A DNA stretch of 46,337 nt, taken from positions 1 through 46,337 of the forward strand of contig CAZYXJ010000002.1 in NCBI GenBank assembly GCA_964651115.1, given 5' to 3'. The number at the start of each line of letters is the position of its first letter. The stretch's first letter is position 1. The stretch comes from an uncultured Candidatus Saccharibacteria bacterium (GTDB lineage Bacteria; Patescibacteriota; Minisyncoccia; Phycocordibacterales; JACOZG01). Positions 1-7,935 of the stretch are shown piece after piece. The position numbers were made by a program, and so were the translations under genes. The notes under the pieces were generated by a model. The model saw only the letters and a program-made list of their open reading frames with translations. It made no database searches and was not told where the DNA came from.

Positions 1-505
1 AAAGTTGGAATGTCTTCACAAGAGACGGCTGGACAGGTGTTGCATGGCTGTCGTCAGTTCGTGGTTTGAGTTGTTCCCTTAAGTGGGGTAACGAACGCAA
101 CCCCTGTTGCCTGTTACAAGTGTCAGGCAAGACTGTCCGCCTGTGGCGGAAGGAAGCGGGGATGACGCCAAGTCAGCATGACCCTCTGATATCCTGGGCT
201 ACACGCATGATACAATGGCCACTACAATGGGTTGCGACGAGGTAACTCTGAGCTAATCCTCAAAAGTGGTCTCAGTTCGGATTGAGGGCTGCAATTCGCC
301 CTCATGAAGTTGGAATCGCTAGTAATCGCAGGTCAGCTATACTGCGGTGAATACGTTCTCGAGTCTTGTACTCACCGCCCGTCAAGCCAGGGGAGCCGGG
401 AGTACCCGAAGTTCCGCATTTTGCGGGCCGAAGGTAAGCTTGGTAACAAGGGTTAAGTCGTAACAAGGCACGGGTAGCGGAAGCTGCTCGTGGATTTATT
501 CAGGT
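1..505 (+). rRNA. rrs: 16S rRNA, 3' ~500 nt (partial, runs off the left edge)
   Basis: Universal 16S blocks are present: gcatggctgtcgtcag (42-57), aacgaacgcaaccc (91-104), cctgggctacacgc (193-206), gaatcgctagtaatcg (313-328), gtactcaccgcccgtca (369-385), aagtcgtaacaagg (455-468) and the helix 45 hairpin with a GGAA loop (469-492). The 3' boundary is approximate. Confidence 0.93.
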
Positions 506-701
506 GAAAACTCGCTCGCTTTATGGCGCTTAGGCGCCGTGGGGTTGAGCTTATAGTTAGTCGATTGTCTCAGCGTTACGTTGGGACGCTTGGCCACCGA
601 GTTAATGGTGGAGACGATAAGAGCAGTCTTTAAATGCTTTTTGGCACCAGGAAAGACTGGCATTGGAACGGAACAAAAGAAAGCTAGTAAACATCTCACT
701 G

Positions 702-729
702 TTGACATATTTTTATACCATGATACAAT
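702..729 (+). promoter_or_regulatory. Sigma70-type promoter for the 804 CDS
   Basis: TTGACA (702-707), a 16-nt spacer, then TGaTACAAT (721-729, extended -10). Confidence 0.6.
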
Positions 730-803
730 CATGGTTAGTTTTGGTGGCTGAGGAAATGGGGACGTACCCATGATCCGCAGTCTCTCGGAGTAGGAGGTCC
801 GAG

Positions 804-1235
804 TTGAAACTTTCCATCTTTTTTGTAGCCCTCGCCGTCCTAGGTTTATCCCAGGCGGCGCGGGCGGAACGGCCGCCAGCGGAATTGCTTCGGGCTCTGC
901 GAGTCGTGGAGTCCAAAGGTAATCCGCAGGTGGTGGGAGATCGTCATTTGCGTCAATGGGCGTATGGTGATCTCCAAGTCCGCCAGCCGTGCGTTGACGA
1001 CGTCAACGCACGGTACGGCACGAAATATCGTGCCGTGGATTGCTTGGGCAATCCGGCGTTGTCGGCAGAGATTTGTGCTAAGTACATAAATCTTTACGCC
1101 ACCCAGCAAGTTTTGGGTCGACGGCCGACACTGGAAGATATGGCCCGCATTTGGAATGGCGGGCCAACAGGATGGAAGAAGACCAGTACACGGAAGTACT
1201 GGACCAAGGTTAAGGCGGAGTTGGCGCGGAAGTAG
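804..1235 (+). CDS. Secreted lytic transglycosylase (SLT/lysozyme-like) domain protein
   Basis: TTG start 6 nt after AGGAGG (791-796). Signal peptide MKLSIFFVALAVLGLSQAARA. ES-x-GNP ... AYGDLQV resembles the SLT catalytic Glu-Ser and GLMQ blocks. Confidence 0.6.
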   Translation: MKLSIFFVALAVLGLSQAARAERPPAELLRALRVVESKGNPQVVGDRHLRQWAYGDLQVRQPCVDDVNARYGTKYRAVDCLGNPALSAEICAKYINLYATQQVLGRRPTLEDMARIWNGGPTGWKKTSTRKYWTKVKAELARK

Positions 1236-1271
1236 CCAAGGCCTGACCCTGGGGAATCAGAAGACATGGAG

Positions 1272-1309
1272 GTCGCCGCGTGGTGGAATCACAGGCGACT
1301 TTTCTTTTT
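1272..1309 (+). terminator. Rho-independent terminator
   Basis: gtcgcc / ggcgac stem followed by ttttcttttt. Confidence 0.6.
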
Positions 1310-1319
1310 AATTTTAAAT

Positions 1320-1328
1320 TGCTATAGT
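1320..1328 (+). promoter_or_regulatory. Extended -10 promoter for the tRNA-mRNA unit
   Basis: TGcTATAGT lies 18 nt before the tRNA-Ile 5' end. Confidence 0.5.
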
Positions 1329-1346
1329 TTGGCCGAGCTCTCGCTT

Positions 1347-1418
1347 GGGCGTATAGTTCAGTGGTAGAACGCTGTCCTGATAAGACAGAGGTCGTAAGTT
1401 CGATTCTTACTACGCCCA
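1347..1418 (+). tRNA. tRNA-Ile (anticodon GAU)
   Basis: Hand-folded cloverleaf: acceptor GGGCGTA/TACGCCC, D arm GTTC-AGTGGTA-GAAC, anticodon arm CTGTC-CTGATAA-GACAG, T arm GTAAG-TTCGATT-CTTAC, discriminator A. CCA is not encoded. Confidence 0.93.
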
Positions 1419-1423
1419 CCTTG

Positions 1424-1507
1424 GCCGGAGTGGTGAAATTGGCAGACACGCACGCTTCAGAGGCGTGTGAGCTCACGCTCGTGGAGGTTCAAATCCTCTC
1501 TCCGGCA
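1424..1507 (+). tRNA. tRNA-Leu (anticodon CAG), type II with long variable arm
   Basis: Acceptor GCCGGAG/CTCCGGC, anticodon arm CACGC-TTCAGAG-GCGTG, variable hairpin GAGC-TCAC-GCTC, T arm GGAGG-TTCAAAT-CCTCT. Confidence 0.9.
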
Positions 1508-1515
1508 CCTAAAAT

Positions 1516-2214
1516 ATGGAAGCAAATCGTGAGGCATGGGAGCGAGAGTATCAAAATTTTTCTTTACTTAATCGGGCTTTTTCACCAACGCTTCAGTCTA
1601 ATCTGAGCGATTTTCTTCGCTGGCTCCGGCGTCAGCATAATTTTTCCTTAGAGGACGCGCGGATTTTAGATCTTGGTTCTGGGGTCGGTCGTAACGCGAT
1701 TGAGTTGGCTCGGCGCGGTGCTCAGGTTACGGGTTTGGAGTTTTCGCCTCGCGCGGTCGCGATTGCCCGAGAGCGCAGCGCGGTGGCCAATGTTTCGGTT
1801 GATTATTTAATTCATGACGTCGGGATGCCCTATCCTTTTCCTGACCAGTCTTTTGAGTTAGTTTTTGATGTTACTTGCACTAATTCTCTTTCTCGCGTTG
1901 GTCGCGAAGTTTATTTGGCGGAAACTCGCCGAGTGTTGGCTCCAGGGGGTTGGTTATTTGTTCGCGCCTTGGCGCTTGATGGCGATCGTCATGCCGCCAC
2001 TTTGCTTAAACGTTTTCCGGGCGCTGAGCCAGACACTTATGTTTTGCCGGAGCTCGGCGTTACCGAGCGGGTCTTTAGACGAGAGGATTTTTTGGCCACC
2101 TATCAGCCTTATTTTAAGGTGGTAGAGCTGATCAAAATTAGTCGGTATGTTACATTTAAGGAACGTAAATATAAACGCAATTATTGGATTGCCTACCTGC
2201 AAAAACATGACTAA
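1516..2214 (+). CDS. Class I SAM-dependent methyltransferase
   Basis: Motif I ILDLGSGVGRN and a Methyltransf_11-like core. The ATG is 8 nt after the tRNA-Leu 3' end. Confidence 0.7.
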   Translation: MEANREAWEREYQNFSLLNRAFSPTLQSNLSDFLRWLRRQHNFSLEDARILDLGSGVGRNAIELARRGAQVTGLEFSPRAVAIARERSAVANVSVDYLIHDVGMPYPFPDQSFELVFDVTCTNSLSRVGREVYLAETRRVLAPGGWLFVRALALDGDRHAATLLKRFPGAEPDTYVLPELGVTERVFRREDFLATYQPYFKVVELIKISRYVTFKERKYKRNYWIAYLQKHD

Positions 2215-3562
2215 GTGGCAAGAATTTTTCCGAGGTAAAAAGATTACCGTGATGGGTTTAGGTCTGTTGGGTCGCGGTTTGGGGGATGTTAAATTTTTGG
2301 CTTCGCTCGGAGCTGAGTTAACGGTGACGGATCTAAAGACGGCTGAGCAGTTGGCTAGCTCGCTTAAACCTCTAAAAAAATTTTCCAATATTAAGTATGT
2401 TTTAGGCGAGCATCGCTTGGTCGATTTTAAGACGGCGGATTTGATAATTAAGGCGGCGGGCGTGCCGCTTGACTCGCTTTACGTGGCGGCGGCCTTAGTG
2501 GCGGGCGTGCCAGTTTATATGAGTACGGCGTTGTTTGTTAAATTTTTACCCGCCAAAACAACCGTGATCGGCGTAACGGGGACGCGGGGCAAATCAACGA
2601 CGACACAGTTGATTTACGAAATTGTTAAAGCGGCTGGTCGGCGGGTACATTTGGGGGGCAATGTGCGCGGGTTATCGACCCTCGCGCAATTACCGAAAGT
2701 TCGTTCAGGCGATGTGGTCGTTTTGGAGTTAGATTCGTGGCAGTTGCAGGGTTTTGGTGATTTAAAGATCAGTCCGGACGTGGCTATTTTTACTACTTTT
2801 TATCCTGATCATTTAAATTATTACAATAATGATTTGGATTTATATTTTAGAGACAAGGCTAATCTTTTTCGTCATCAAACCTCGGAACAGGTCTTGATTG
2901 CGGGCCAGCAGTTTGCGCGGGGGCCACTCCGTCAGCGATTACTGCGGGTTAATCCGGAGGTTAATTTGGTTACTCCGCGCCCAACAGATTGGCCAGACTT
3001 ATCAGCCCTGGGGATGATCGGCGAACATAATCGTCACAACGCGACTCTGGCAATTTTGGCGGCTCGTCAGTTGGGGATTAAAGCGGAGGTAATTACTAAA
3101 ACGGTAAAAAAATTTACTGGCGTACCGGGACGATTAGAATTAGTCAGAGTGGTTAAGAAAGTTTCGTGGTACAACGACACCACGAGCACGACGCCGGAGG
3201 CCTTGGTGGCGGCGTTGGAGGCTTTGGGCCAAAAATTTGGTCAGAAAAAAATCACGTTAATTATGGGTGGAGCCGATAAGAAATTAGATTTTAAAAAAGC
3301 GCGCCAGGCGTGGCAAAAGTATTGTCGGCAGATTATTTTGTTGCCCGGTTCTGGGACGGAGAGATTGCGGCAAGCCAAATTAATTTCTGGTCAGCCGGTT
3401 AGCAGTATGAAGGCGGCGGTGCTCGAGGGTCGCGCGCTGGCTCGCCCGGGCGAGGTGGTCGTCTTAAGTCCGGGATTTGCTTCTTTTGGCCCACCGCCCG
3501 GGGGTTTTAAAAATGAGTTTGATCGTGGGGACCAGTTTAATCGAGCCGTTAAGTTGTTATAA
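2207..3562 (+). CDS. murD: UDP-N-acetylmuramoylalanine--D-glutamate ligase
   Basis: N-terminal Rossmann-like block KKITVMGLGLLGRGLG..TVTD, P-loop GVTGTRGKSTTT and Mur ligase C-domain. Start moved to ATG 2207 (MTKWQEFF), which overlaps the upstream stop as ATGACTAA. Confidence 0.85.
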   Translation: MTKWQEFFRGKKITVMGLGLLGRGLGDVKFLASLGAELTVTDLKTAEQLASSLKPLKKFSNIKYVLGEHRLVDFKTADLIIKAAGVPLDSLYVAAALVAGVPVYMSTALFVKFLPAKTTVIGVTGTRGKSTTTQLIYEIVKAAGRRVHLGGNVRGLSTLAQLPKVRSGDVVVLELDSWQLQGFGDLKISPDVAIFTTFYPDHLNYYNNDLDLYFRDKANLFRHQTSEQVLIAGQQFARGPLRQRLLRVNPEVNLVTPRPTDWPDLSALGMIGEHNRHNATLAILAARQLGIKAEVITKTVKKFTGVPGRLELVRVVKKVSWYNDTTSTTPEALVAALEALGQKFGQKKITLIMGGADKKLDFKKARQAWQKYCRQIILLPGSGTERLRQAKLISGQPVSSMKAAVLEGRALARPGEVVVLSPGFASFGPPPGGFKNEFDRGDQFNRAVKLL

Positions 3563-3563
3563 T
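3555..3563 (+). promoter_or_regulatory. Extended -10 promoter abutting the start codon
   Basis: TGtTATAAT overlaps the murD stop. ATG codons lie at 3567 and 3570, that is +4 and +7 from the -10. Confidence 0.45.
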
Positions 3564-3566
3564 TGA

Positions 3567-4517
3567 ATGATGATTTCGACTCGAGGCGTAGCGGGAGTGA
3601 TTGGCCTGTTGCTGGTCGCCGTTATTTTAGTGGCCGGTGGCGTTATTTGGTGGGCGCAAGATGATTCGGTAACGCCGCCGGCCACTCCCACGGTGGCCAC
3701 CACCTCGAGTGCGACTACGCGCTCTCGGTTTCGCCAAAGTTCGTGGCGTCGCCCGGGCTTGAGCAACGATACGCGAGGAGTTTTGCGAGCCGGTGATGTT
3801 GCTAAGCGAGCGGTGGCCCTTAGTTGGGGCGACCAAGCCTTTTCCGTGACGGTCGAGGGCCAAGATCACGAGGTTAAGCTGGTGTCGCCCAGTGGTCGAC
3901 AGGTGGCGGCTCAAGGGTTTAGGTATAATCCGGTTACTGGTCAGATGGAGTGGGATTTTTTGGTCCCCGATAACCGGGAGAGTGGCGAATGGGAAGTGGT
4001 GATTACTGCGCCCCCAACTTCTTCGGCTGATTCTGATGAAGATGATGACGATGAGGAAGTTGATTATCAGATCCATCCGCCCGCCTTTGAAGAGAATCCT
4101 TTGGTTCACGATCAGACGCCGCCAGTAATTGACGCGACCCCGGGAGTTGATTTGTCGATTTTGGTTGAAGAGACTTTTATGACAGATGCGGGTTCGATGG
4201 TTCGGCCCGTCGTGGGGGCTCGAGTGGTGGCCGGAGTAACTGATCCGTCGGGAGATGTCTTGGCGGTTGAATTGCCGGCGGTGGCTGGTCAGCCCGGCAA
4301 TTACGCCGGAGTTTATCCTAATCGTGGCGAAGTTGGTATTTATCGGATTGAGTATGAGATTACGGGGCAAGATAGTACTGGTCGGCAATTTGTTCATTAC
4401 GCCTACGGACAGTTTGAGATTGTGGCCACGGCCGGAGGTGGCTCGACGAGTACTAACCAGTGGTATAAAAAATACGATATTAATCGCGCCGGCGACGTCC
4501 GTTTGTTAAATTATTAG
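3567..4517 (+). CDS. Membrane-anchored hypothetical protein with an acidic linker
   Basis: N-terminal TM segment (GVIGLLLVAVILVAGGVIWW), two beta-rich halves joined by SADSDEDDDDEEVD. I recognise no family. The alternative start is 3570. Confidence 0.55.
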   Translation: MMISTRGVAGVIGLLLVAVILVAGGVIWWAQDDSVTPPATPTVATTSSATTRSRFRQSSWRRPGLSNDTRGVLRAGDVAKRAVALSWGDQAFSVTVEGQDHEVKLVSPSGRQVAAQGFRYNPVTGQMEWDFLVPDNRESGEWEVVITAPPTSSADSDEDDDDEEVDYQIHPPAFEENPLVHDQTPPVIDATPGVDLSILVEETFMTDAGSMVRPVVGARVVAGVTDPSGDVLAVELPAVAGQPGNYAGVYPNRGEVGIYRIEYEITGQDSTGRQFVHYAYGQFEIVATAGGGSTSTNQWYKKYDINRAGDVRLLNY

Positions 4518-4520
4518 ATT

Positions 4521-5783
4521 ATGAAAGTTCACTTTATCGGCATCGGAGGGATTGGGATTTCGGCGATTGCGCGGATGTTATTGGCGGAGGGTATGGAGGT
4601 CAGCGGCTCGGATCAAGCCGCCGGTCAAGTGACGGCCGAATTGGAAAAGCTGGGCGCCAAAATTGCGATTGGCCATCGGGCCGAAAATGTTCCGGCGGGA
4701 GTGGGGTTGGTGGTCTATACGATCGCGATTACCCAAGACAATGCTGAGTGGTTGCGCGCGCGTGATTTGGGGGTGGAGCTAGTATCTTATCCTGAATATT
4801 TGGGACGAATTTCGGCTTCTAAATTTACCATCGCGGTGGCGGGGACTCATGGCAAAACAACGACGACAGCCATGGTGGCAGAGATTTTGGTGGCGGCAGG
4901 GCTTGATCCAACGGTGATCGTGGGCAGTTTTCTTAAGGGGCAAAAAAGTAACTTTATCGCCGGGAAAAGTGATTTGTTGGTGGTAGAGGCGTGCGAATAT
5001 CGCCGGTCGTTTTTAAATCTTTCGCCGCGAATTTTGATTATCACTAATATCGACAATGACCATCTTGACTACTACACCGATCTGGCTGACATTCAACGAG
5101 CCTTTATCGAGTTGGTAGAAAAATTGCCGCCAGATGGCTTGTTGATCACGCGGCTTGAGGATCCAGTTTTGGCGCCGGTGGTGGCCGCTAGCCGGGTGCG
5201 CGTTTTGGATTACGAGCGGCTGGCCGAGGAGTTTTCTTTGAAAGTCCCCGGCGCTCACAATCGGGCCAATGCCAAGGCGGCGCTTGCGGTTGCCGCCGAA
5301 CTACACGTGCCTTACGAGCGGGCCATGGTCGCGCTGGAGAGTTTTGCGGGGACGTGGCGTCGCTTCGAGTTCCGAGGAGAGCTCTCGAGTGGGGCCAAAG
5401 TTTATGATGATTACGGCCATCACCCGACCGAGATTAGAGCGACGCTGGAGGCGGCGCGCAGTCTTAATCCTAAGCGCTTGATTGTGGTTTTCCAGCCCCA
5501 TCTCTATAGCCGGACAAAGAAATTGTTTGCCGATTTTGTGACGAGTTTGAGCTTGGCCGATTTGGTTTATCTGGCGCCGATTTACGCGGCGCGGGAGCCA
5601 GTTGATCCTTCGGTGACTAGCGAGCAATTAGCCGAGGCACTAGCGGCCGGTGGCCGACCAGCCAAAGTTTATGATCGACTGGAGACGATTGCCGAAATTT
5701 TAAAAGCAGAGTCTGTTTCTGGGGACGTGATTATCACGATGGGTGCGGGCGATGTTGTGAAAGTGGCAGACCTTCTTGTATAA
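4521..5783 (+). CDS. murC: UDP-N-acetylmuramate--L-alanine ligase
   Basis: HFIGIGGIGISAIARMLLAEGMEVSGSD N-terminus, P-loop GTHGKTTTT and a DNDHLD block. Confidence 0.9.
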   Translation: MKVHFIGIGGIGISAIARMLLAEGMEVSGSDQAAGQVTAELEKLGAKIAIGHRAENVPAGVGLVVYTIAITQDNAEWLRARDLGVELVSYPEYLGRISASKFTIAVAGTHGKTTTTAMVAEILVAAGLDPTVIVGSFLKGQKSNFIAGKSDLLVVEACEYRRSFLNLSPRILIITNIDNDHLDYYTDLADIQRAFIELVEKLPPDGLLITRLEDPVLAPVVAASRVRVLDYERLAEEFSLKVPGAHNRANAKAALAVAAELHVPYERAMVALESFAGTWRRFEFRGELSSGAKVYDDYGHHPTEIRATLEAARSLNPKRLIVVFQPHLYSRTKKLFADFVTSLSLADLVYLAPIYAAREPVDPSVTSEQLAEALAAGGRPAKVYDRLETIAEILKAESVSGDVIITMGAGDVVKVADLLV

Positions 5784-5994
5784 TCGGGCAGTGGTAAATC
5801 GAGAAATAAAAAATTGGAATAATTTCTATCTAGGTCTGGCCGTGGTGGTGGTGGCTTTGATTGGCATTCCTCTTATTTTTAAACAATTGGCCCTGGTCGT
5901 TCTTGGTTTGTTGATCGCCCTCTTCTCTTTGGCGCGTCCGGGGCGGCTCGTTACTCCTTCCTCAGCTGATCACCCTTTGACTCATGCGGAGTAG
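5776..5994 (+). CDS. Small membrane protein (2 TM), hypothetical
   Basis: Hydrophobic stretches LGLAVVVVALIGIPLIF and LALVVLGLLIALFSL. The start is uncertain: TTG 5776 lies inside a TATAAT (5779-5784), and GTG 5791 is in frame. Confidence 0.4.
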   Translation: MYNRAVVNREIKNWNNFYLGLAVVVVALIGIPLIFKQLALVVLGLLIALFSLARPGRLVTPSSADHPLTHAE

Positions 5995-7213
5995 TAAAAT
6001 TTTGGCCGGGGGAGTTTTTTTGTTGGCGTTGATTTTGGCGGCTGGTTGGTGGTATGGCGAGCGGGCGGGTTGGTGGCTGGCCAGTCCTTACGTGGCTACG
6101 GAGTCGCAATCGGAGCTTGAGACTGAGCCAGTTTTGCCGCCGACTCCCAAGGTAAAACATTTGCCAGCGCCCGAGTCGGTAAAAGCTCTGTACATGACTC
6201 AGTGCGCCGCCGCCACACCCTCTCTCACCAATCATTTGCTGGCTCTCGCCTCGTCGACCGAAATTAATAGCATTGTGATTGACCTTAAGGATTACAGTGG
6301 TACGGTTTCTTTCCCTTCGGCGACGGCGGTGGCGGGAGGTCCGGGTTGTACGATTCCTAATTTTGCTGAACTGGTCGAGAAAATGCATGACCAAGATTTG
6401 TACGTCATCGGACGTTTGACGGTTTTCCAAGATCCTTTGTTTACCAAAGTCCATCCCGAGTTAGCCGTTCAGAGTAAGAGCCGTGGCGGACCGTGGAAAG
6501 ATCGCAAGGGTCTATCTTTTGTTGATGTTGGCGCGCGACCTTTTTGGACTTATATCGAATCCCTGGCGGGGGAGGCGTACCAGTTGGGTGTGGACGAAAT
6601 AAATTTTGATTACATTCGCTATCCGTCAGATGGTGATATGAGCGATACCGAATATGCTCACTCGGTGGGTCCTAAGGCCGAGATGTTGGAGCAATTTTTC
6701 CAGACTCTTACTTCTTCGCTGCGCGCCAAATTTACTACTCCGCCAATTATTCTTTCGGCTGATTTGTTTGGTATGACGGCTACCAACTATGATGATTTAA
6801 ATATTGGTCAGGTGCTGGAGCGAGCGTTGCCTCACTTTGATTACATTGCGCCGATGGTCTACCCTTCGCATTATCCCAAAAACTTTAATGGCTGGGCTAA
6901 TCCCAACGAGCATGCTTACGATATTATTTTCTATTCGATGAGTCGGGCGGCTGAGCGGGCAGTGTCGACTACCACCCCGGTGGCCGGTTTGACTCACACC
7001 CGCTTAGGAACCTCGACGCCAGCTGTCTATGCTAAAGCCGCTTATTCGAAGGAAAAGTTGCGACCTTGGTTGCAAGATTTTGACTATCCAGTGACTTATA
7101 CTCCAGAGATGGTTCGCGCGCAGATCCAGGCCACTTATGATGCTGGTCTTGATTCTTGGATGATGTGGGACCCCGCGAATCGCTACACCGTCTCGGTTTA
7201 CGGCCGAGACTAA
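5984..7213 (+). CDS. Putative TIM-barrel glycoside hydrolase (DUF4015/GHL-like), membrane anchored
   Basis: Signal anchor. The blocks NSIVIDLKDYSGTVSF, LYVIGRLTVFQDP and DEINFDYIRYP resemble the 'putative glycosyl hydrolase domain' family. Recognised from memory, not searched. Confidence 0.55.
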   Translation: MRSSKILAGGVFLLALILAAGWWYGERAGWWLASPYVATESQSELETEPVLPPTPKVKHLPAPESVKALYMTQCAAATPSLTNHLLALASSTEINSIVIDLKDYSGTVSFPSATAVAGGPGCTIPNFAELVEKMHDQDLYVIGRLTVFQDPLFTKVHPELAVQSKSRGGPWKDRKGLSFVDVGARPFWTYIESLAGEAYQLGVDEINFDYIRYPSDGDMSDTEYAHSVGPKAEMLEQFFQTLTSSLRAKFTTPPIILSADLFGMTATNYDDLNIGQVLERALPHFDYIAPMVYPSHYPKNFNGWANPNEHAYDIIFYSMSRAAERAVSTTTPVAGLTHTRLGTSTPAVYAKAAYSKEKLRPWLQDFDYPVTYTPEMVRAQIQATYDAGLDSWMMWDPANRYTVSVYGRD

Positions 7214-7221
7214 TGATCCCA

Positions 7222-7250
7222 TTGACTATATTGCAAATCTAGGTTATTAT
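7222..7250 (+). promoter_or_regulatory. Sigma70-type promoter
   Basis: TTGACT (7222-7227), a 17-nt spacer, TATTAT (7245-7250). Confidence 0.55.
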
Positions 7251-7310
7251 TCGGGGTGGTAATTTATTTGATTTCCTGGTCTTAAAACCGACTAAAGAAA
7301 GGGGTCTGTA

Positions 7311-7859
7311 ATGTTCCGTTCCCTGTTTTCTTTCGTGTTCCATTGGGATATGGCTTGGGGTCTCTTGATTGCCCTTGTTGTGCCCTATGCTTTGGGGCAT
7401 GAGCATTCCTGGGCCCTGGTGGCCTTCAGTGTCGTCTCGGCGTATGCTCCGGACGGTGATTTTATTCCCTTTTTGGTGTTCCGAAAATGGATACCGGTAC
7501 CTAGCCATCGCGTGATCGGCCATCATCCAATATTCTGGTTGGGACTAGGTTTGGCAATCATGCCTTGGTCGCCAATCGGAGGGGTGATTTTGGCTCTGGG
7601 GACCATGTGCCATTTTCTCCACGACAGTGGGGAACCTCAAGGATTGCATTGGTTTTCTCCATTTAGTTGGAGGATGTGGCGCTTTGGTATGGCTGGATTT
7701 GTCGAGGTCTCCCCTGAAGTTCGCAGGGCAAGATTGAAGGAGCTTGAAAGGCTAGACGGCTGGGTTGAGGAGATTGGTCATCGGACCGAACTAGTAGAAC
7801 CAGGAGTTGCCTATGCCGTCATTTTTTTGGCTGCCCTGAATCTTGTCGCGATTTATTGA
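7311..7859 (+). CDS. Integral membrane protein, possibly YdjM/DUF457-type metal-dependent hydrolase
   Basis: SD-like aaagggg 8 nt upstream, several TM segments and His-rich loops (HEH, HRVIGHH, HFLHD). Confidence 0.4.
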   Translation: MFRSLFSFVFHWDMAWGLLIALVVPYALGHEHSWALVAFSVVSAYAPDGDFIPFLVFRKWIPVPSHRVIGHHPIFWLGLGLAIMPWSPIGGVILALGTMCHFLHDSGEPQGLHWFSPFSWRMWRFGMAGFVEVSPEVRRARLKELERLDGWVEEIGHRTELVEPGVAYAVIFLAALNLVAIY

Positions 7860-7864
7860 GCGTC

Positions 7865-7906
7865 GACCCCACACTTGTTCCAACAAGAGTGGGGTCTTCT
7901 TTTTTG
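7865..7906 (+). terminator. Rho-independent terminator
   Basis: gaccccacacttgtt / aacaagagtggggtc (one mismatch) followed by ttcttttttg. Confidence 0.8.
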
Positions 7907-7935
7907 TGATTGTTGCGGTTATACTAAACAATATT

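Noticed and set aside
496-1606. ORFs overlapping the 16S trailer and the tRNAs (496-771 -, 713-916 -, 1210-1476 -, 1361-1606 +).
   Set aside because: They overlap the rRNA trailer, a promoter, or two well-folded tRNA genes, and they have no translation signals.
3627-4397. The 256-aa minus-strand ORF antisense to 3567-4517, and similar antisense ORFs within murC, secA and the GT genes.
   Set aside because: The products are Arg/Ser/Pro-rich and lack motifs. The sense frames carry clear family signatures or export signals.
7843-7935. Long N-terminal extensions in the ORF track. Examples are 7843, 41013, 42445, 42629, 23667, 15286, 2147, and 17880 on the minus strand.
   Set aside because: The extensions read through terminator hairpins or the 3' ends of upstream genes. 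Internal ATG codons give N-termini that match the families (for example MDLIPIIGLE for GatB and MTKWQEFF for MurD).
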